DNA of 59,647 nucleotides, the filler included, from Sluysia triapertura (taxonomy: Eukaryota), in the NCBI GenBank assembly GCA_046118255.1. It is 4 parts of 4 records of this genome, joined end to end, with 100 filler letters (N's around TTAATTAATTAA, not from the genome) between each part and the next. Parts side by side here need not be neighbours in the genome. Positions count along the whole stretch, not along the records: positions 48,398 to 59,647 come from JBJNIA010186791.1; 3 more parts are not named here. The stretch is one strand, 5' to 3'. The notes below the pieces were generated by a model, which searched no databases, was not told the origin of the DNA, and was given only the letters and a program-made list of their open reading frames with translations. Positions 55,801 to 59,647 of this stretch are shown here, one piece after another. The number at the start of each line of letters is the position of its first letter. Positions within the stretch are counted from its first letter, which is position 1. Position numbers and translations under genes: made by a program.

Positions 55801-58800
55801 GTTAAAATTAATCCTTGCCGAAATTTCATAAACCTTACTGATGTTCAGAAGTATTAATTATAACGATGTCTTGGCAGTTGATCGACTTTCTCATAAACCA
55901 AAGCATTTTAGCAATATTATACATTAAAAATACTGTGAAATTGAAATTTTTATTAATTGAATCTTAGATATAGTATCGATTTAATAAAATCGTAAATTAA
56001 TTATAAATTTGAAAATTAAATATATTTATTCCTTTTTATTTTTATTTACCTCTGTTAATATCAATATCTAAAACATGCACAGAATTTATGTAAAACGGAA
56101 CTATATTTTTATTTCCTTAATCCAAGACAAATTTATTATTTATTTATATATATTTAAAGTAAATAATTTTACTAAAATTTAATTGCCAAATAATGAATCA
56201 ATTCGTCACAAGTAGTTATCTTTAATGTCAATTGAAATTCATCAAATAAACAGCTGCAAACAATTGTTTCTGTATATGATAGGTTAATATAAAATCAATA
56301 TATTATCTGATATACTTAACTTTTGATAGATAATAACTGTACTTAAAAACAGAAACGATTGCTTCTGTTAAAAAAACAATAAATATTAAATATTAATGAT
56401 AAAAAATAAACATAATTATAAAATTACACAAAAAAACTATTTACCAATATTGCTTATTATGATAAATGTTTTCGGTTTATAATATTCATATTATCATAAG
56501 CAATTTAAATAACTAAATAAAGCGATTTTAAATTATTATTTAATTACTAAACATTCACTTGTATTAACTAATCTTGTATATTAAACAGTAAATAAAGAAA
56601 TTTGAACATAAATAAATATTTATATAAACATATGACATGCTCTCAGGTATATAATAAATAAAGTATTGGTTATCTTAATAAAAATAACATTAATTATTTA
56701 GATAATTTACTTTAATTAAAATTATCTAACAGTTATTTAACAGTTATTTAACAATTATTTTTAACAGTTATAAGAAAAATATAATATTAAATTTATTTTT
56801 GAAATATATATCCTAATAAAATAATTAATTACATTGTGTTGATATATTACTTCATTAAAATTAAATACTATTACGATCTTATCGTGGTTTTTCTTTATGA
56901 CGTTTATTGCAAACCTTTAAAATTCTAAATGTGGAATTTTAGATCTGTAGCATAAAAATGGAACCCAGCTTTCTTGAGCGTGTGGTCTTATATCTCTCTT
57001 ATCACTATTTCATCGCCAATATTAGAATTACATATTGTTGGGATTAGCGAAGGGTAAAGATATACATAAAGGTTCAAGACTCAGAATAACAGAATAAGGT
57101 GAACGTTATTGAGGAATTGAGATAGGAGATTATGATGAATTGTAAGGTAAGCGTATAAAATACTTAAATCAAGATAAAATAATGAGAAATAAAAAGAAAT
57201 AACCTTTTATTTGTTAAGCACATTGTTAATTAATTTAAATAAAATTTGTTTAATTTCATAATTCAATAAAAATGTTTGCTCATGATAAAGTGATATTGGA
57301 TTTAGTGTATAATATTGAGTCTTATAAATTTTTTTAAATATGAAGTATTGCGAAGCACGTCAACGTAGATAGCATAAAAATAAGTAATTTTAATTAATTT
57401 TTAAAATTAAAATTAAATATGTTTCTATGTCTAAGTATTAATAAAGTATATATAAAATGGATGCTTATAAAGATACTAATTCAAATATGTTATTGAGCTT
57501 GACATGCATCGTACGGTTGACGCACAACGTATTAATGCAGAATACTCCTGTGGAAAATAGATTTTTATTTCATAAATTTTATCTTCAAATTAAGTTGACA
57601 AATTACGTTATTAGTATAATAGCAATGTACCAATGATTCTAAATTTTAATTAGGTGATATTAAGAAGATAAGGTGATTCTTTACCTTTAGATAATTAATT
57701 ATATTTAGATAATTAAAATGAGATTGAATTTGGACATAGACAGAAATTGCTGCCGAAATTCAGTTAGTAAAAAAATTCGGAAAAAAAGAGAATAGACACC
57801 TTTAATTTCCGTCTTGTTCAATCTCTGATTTTTAATTTCCTAAAAGCTTCATAAACTGTTACATTTTTGCATAAAGTTAGAAAACAGAAAATAGATTAAG
57901 AATTAAGAAGATTAAAGAAAACTTTCTAGCTTGAGTTCATCAGTGGATAAGGGTGGAACTGAAGTTATTTCTTTAGCAATCAGCTAAAATCAAATAGTTT
58001 AGTATAAAGTAAGAATAAAAGTTAGTGAATTATTTTGTGCGAAAAACTAAATAAGTTGCGATTTATCTTTAAAGAATAATTTATGTTATTATAAGGAATA
58101 ATTTATATTGATATTGTTATAGAGAATAATTTGTATTTTGATATAAAGAGTACTTTGTATTGTCATTGTTATAAAGAATATCTCGTATCTTTTAATTGTA
58201 ATTTTGTGATAATTCAAAGAATATATGAAGATTCTGAAATTAATTATTGAATTTTTAATTATAATTTATAAAATAAAAAAGGTATAAAAGACACAACAAT
58301 ATGTTGTTTATTCTCACTTTTCAATTTGTAGAAAAAAGGTTCTCATACTCAGAAGTATGTAAAGCAAAGCATAGATATCAAGTTAGAGCTTAAATTTGAT
58401 AATTAGTTCCCAGTTTAGATAGATTCTGCGACTAAAGTGGAGCTTAGTTGTATAAATTATGTTGAAACGCCACTACTTTACTTTTGGCCAATTAAAAAGA
58501 ATTTTCTCCGATACTTGGCGGGTCAGAAAAATTTATTGAACAAAATCAAATACGTTTTAAAAGCAACATCTAACTATAAACTAATAGATTAATATTTCTG
58601 AAGGTCCAAATTATTCAACGATAAATTTTATTTTTTAAGTAATTCCAAATTTACGGTCTTAGTTTTAAAACGCAATTCAATTTTTGACTTTCAGAGTTTG
58701 CTTAACAAAATTTTAAAATTGTTAGACTTCGTAAAATTGACTGACCGGAGATCGAACCCGGGACCTCTAGCTGCACAGTTCTATGTTCTATCACTGAGCT

Positions 58801-59494
58801 ATCAACCCCGTCTAACAATTTTATTTTATTATTTTATTATAGCCTTTTTACCCCAACAAAATATATAGTGTGAACAATAAATTTCGAAATAATTAATAAA
58901 AAATGATTCTATATTCACTCTCAATGAAATTTAATTTAATAATTTGAAGATATAATTTCAAATAGGTGTATAAATAAAATACAATTACTAAAATCGAAAT
59001 ATTAGTTATAAAGTTTTCTTTTTTCATATTTAGACTGTGTTGGTGAAGACAATAGTTTAACTTTGCACCAATCAAATCTTCAGTCACCCTGTTCACTAGA
59101 TGCTGTAGCTAAACATATAAATAACCCAACTAATTCATCAGAGAATGCATTTAGTGTCTCTAATTTGTTACAACCGAGTTTTTCTAAGCTATCAACATCA
59201 TTACAAGAACTGAGGCAATATTTTCCCAACATACCAACAACAATTTTAATAAAAATTCTTGACATGGCAAATTCCAATGTCATAACAGCCACAGAATTAA
59301 TCACCAAACAATATTTGAATGCGAATATATCTTTACCATATTATTACTCACTATCTCATCAAAATTTACTGTTTAACAATATATTATCTACTGGTAATTT
59401 ATGGAATATAAAAATGTTAACGGAAAATCATAATCATAACAATAATAATTTAACAAAAGATTCATACTTTTCTAGTATACCAAAGAAATTCTGA
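49892..59494 (+). CDS. dmrtA: DM-domain transcription factor of the DMRTA/dmrt99B group with DMA domain, ~288 aa (exons 49892-50098, 52221-52419, 59034-59494)
   Basis: [29 protein letters not shown]|[31 protein letters not shown]; DMA-like [31 protein letters not shown]; phases 0 and 1 consistent with GT-AG sites. Confidence 0.92.
50480..50688. mobile_element. piggyBac-type MITE
   Basis: TTAA on both sides; TIRs cactatttccacca / tagtagaaatagtg. Confidence 0.65.
50930..51122. mobile_element. Stowaway-like mariner MITE
   Basis: ta|ctacctctgttt ... aaacagaggcag (11/12 inverted match), like the CTCCCTCCGT TIR class; right TA is mutated. Confidence 0.55.
57036..58298 (+). mobile_element. Solo LTR (family A) in DMRT intron 2
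   Basis: TGTTG...CAACA ends with an exact 4-bp TSD atat/atat; homologous to 44134-45137; inverted partial copy at ~53100-53560. Confidence 0.8.
58738..58809 (-). tRNA. tRNA-like sequence (GTG/His anticodon position), probably a pseudo-tRNA or SINE head
   Basis: ggggttgatagctcagtgatagaac..ctGTGca..aggtcccgggttcgatctccgg: intact A- and B-boxes and T-arm, but mismatched anticodon and acceptor stems. Confidence 0.55.
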
Positions 59495-59647
59495 AAAATA
59501 GAACTGTTAATAATATATACAATATATACAATATAAAATGTATTATACTGAAATTTAGTTATACTATTTCAATATATGTATATTATAACTAGTCTATAAT
59601 TTTAACTTTTAGTATATCAAGGGTAATATAGCAAAAATTTTCAAAAA

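Noticed and set aside
56720-56770. taacagttatt tandem repeat and ACAAT-like motifs as DMRT autoregulatory sites
   Set aside because: Expected by chance or slippage in DNA this AT-rich.

Overview
Very AT-rich animal genomic DNA, most consistent with a flatworm such as a planarian (inference from composition, 33-50 nt introns and protein likeness; not verified). It is a stitched scaffold with one plain N gap (10370-10503) and three artificial 100-bp spacers (44N-TTAATTAATTAA-44N), so adjacency across these gaps is not guaranteed. Spliced genes rebuilt with phase-consistent GT-AG introns: a complete 3-exon DMRTA/dmrt99B-type DM-domain gene (+, 49892-59494), a complete 2-exon MRNIP gene (-, 46038-46358) and the middle of a RECQL5 helicase gene (-, 42736-30319; 5' and 3' exons not found). 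Also present are the last exon of a rhodopsin-type peptide GPCR with a homopolymer frameshift and an orphan two-exon coiled-coil piece. The rest is decayed transposons (hAT, pogo-, piggyBac- and Stowaway-like MITEs, DD39D-like mariner, L2/CR1-like LINE ends, Penelope-like element, solo LTRs with TSDs, tRNA-derived SINE) and isolated host-gene fragments (anoctamin, ELAV fused to a Gypsy gag, Rho GTPase, importin-5). The most unusual signals are a regularly spaced array of covarying bulged-A hairpins at 43380-43746 and the gag-ELAV chimera. All family assignments come from recalled motifs, not database searches.
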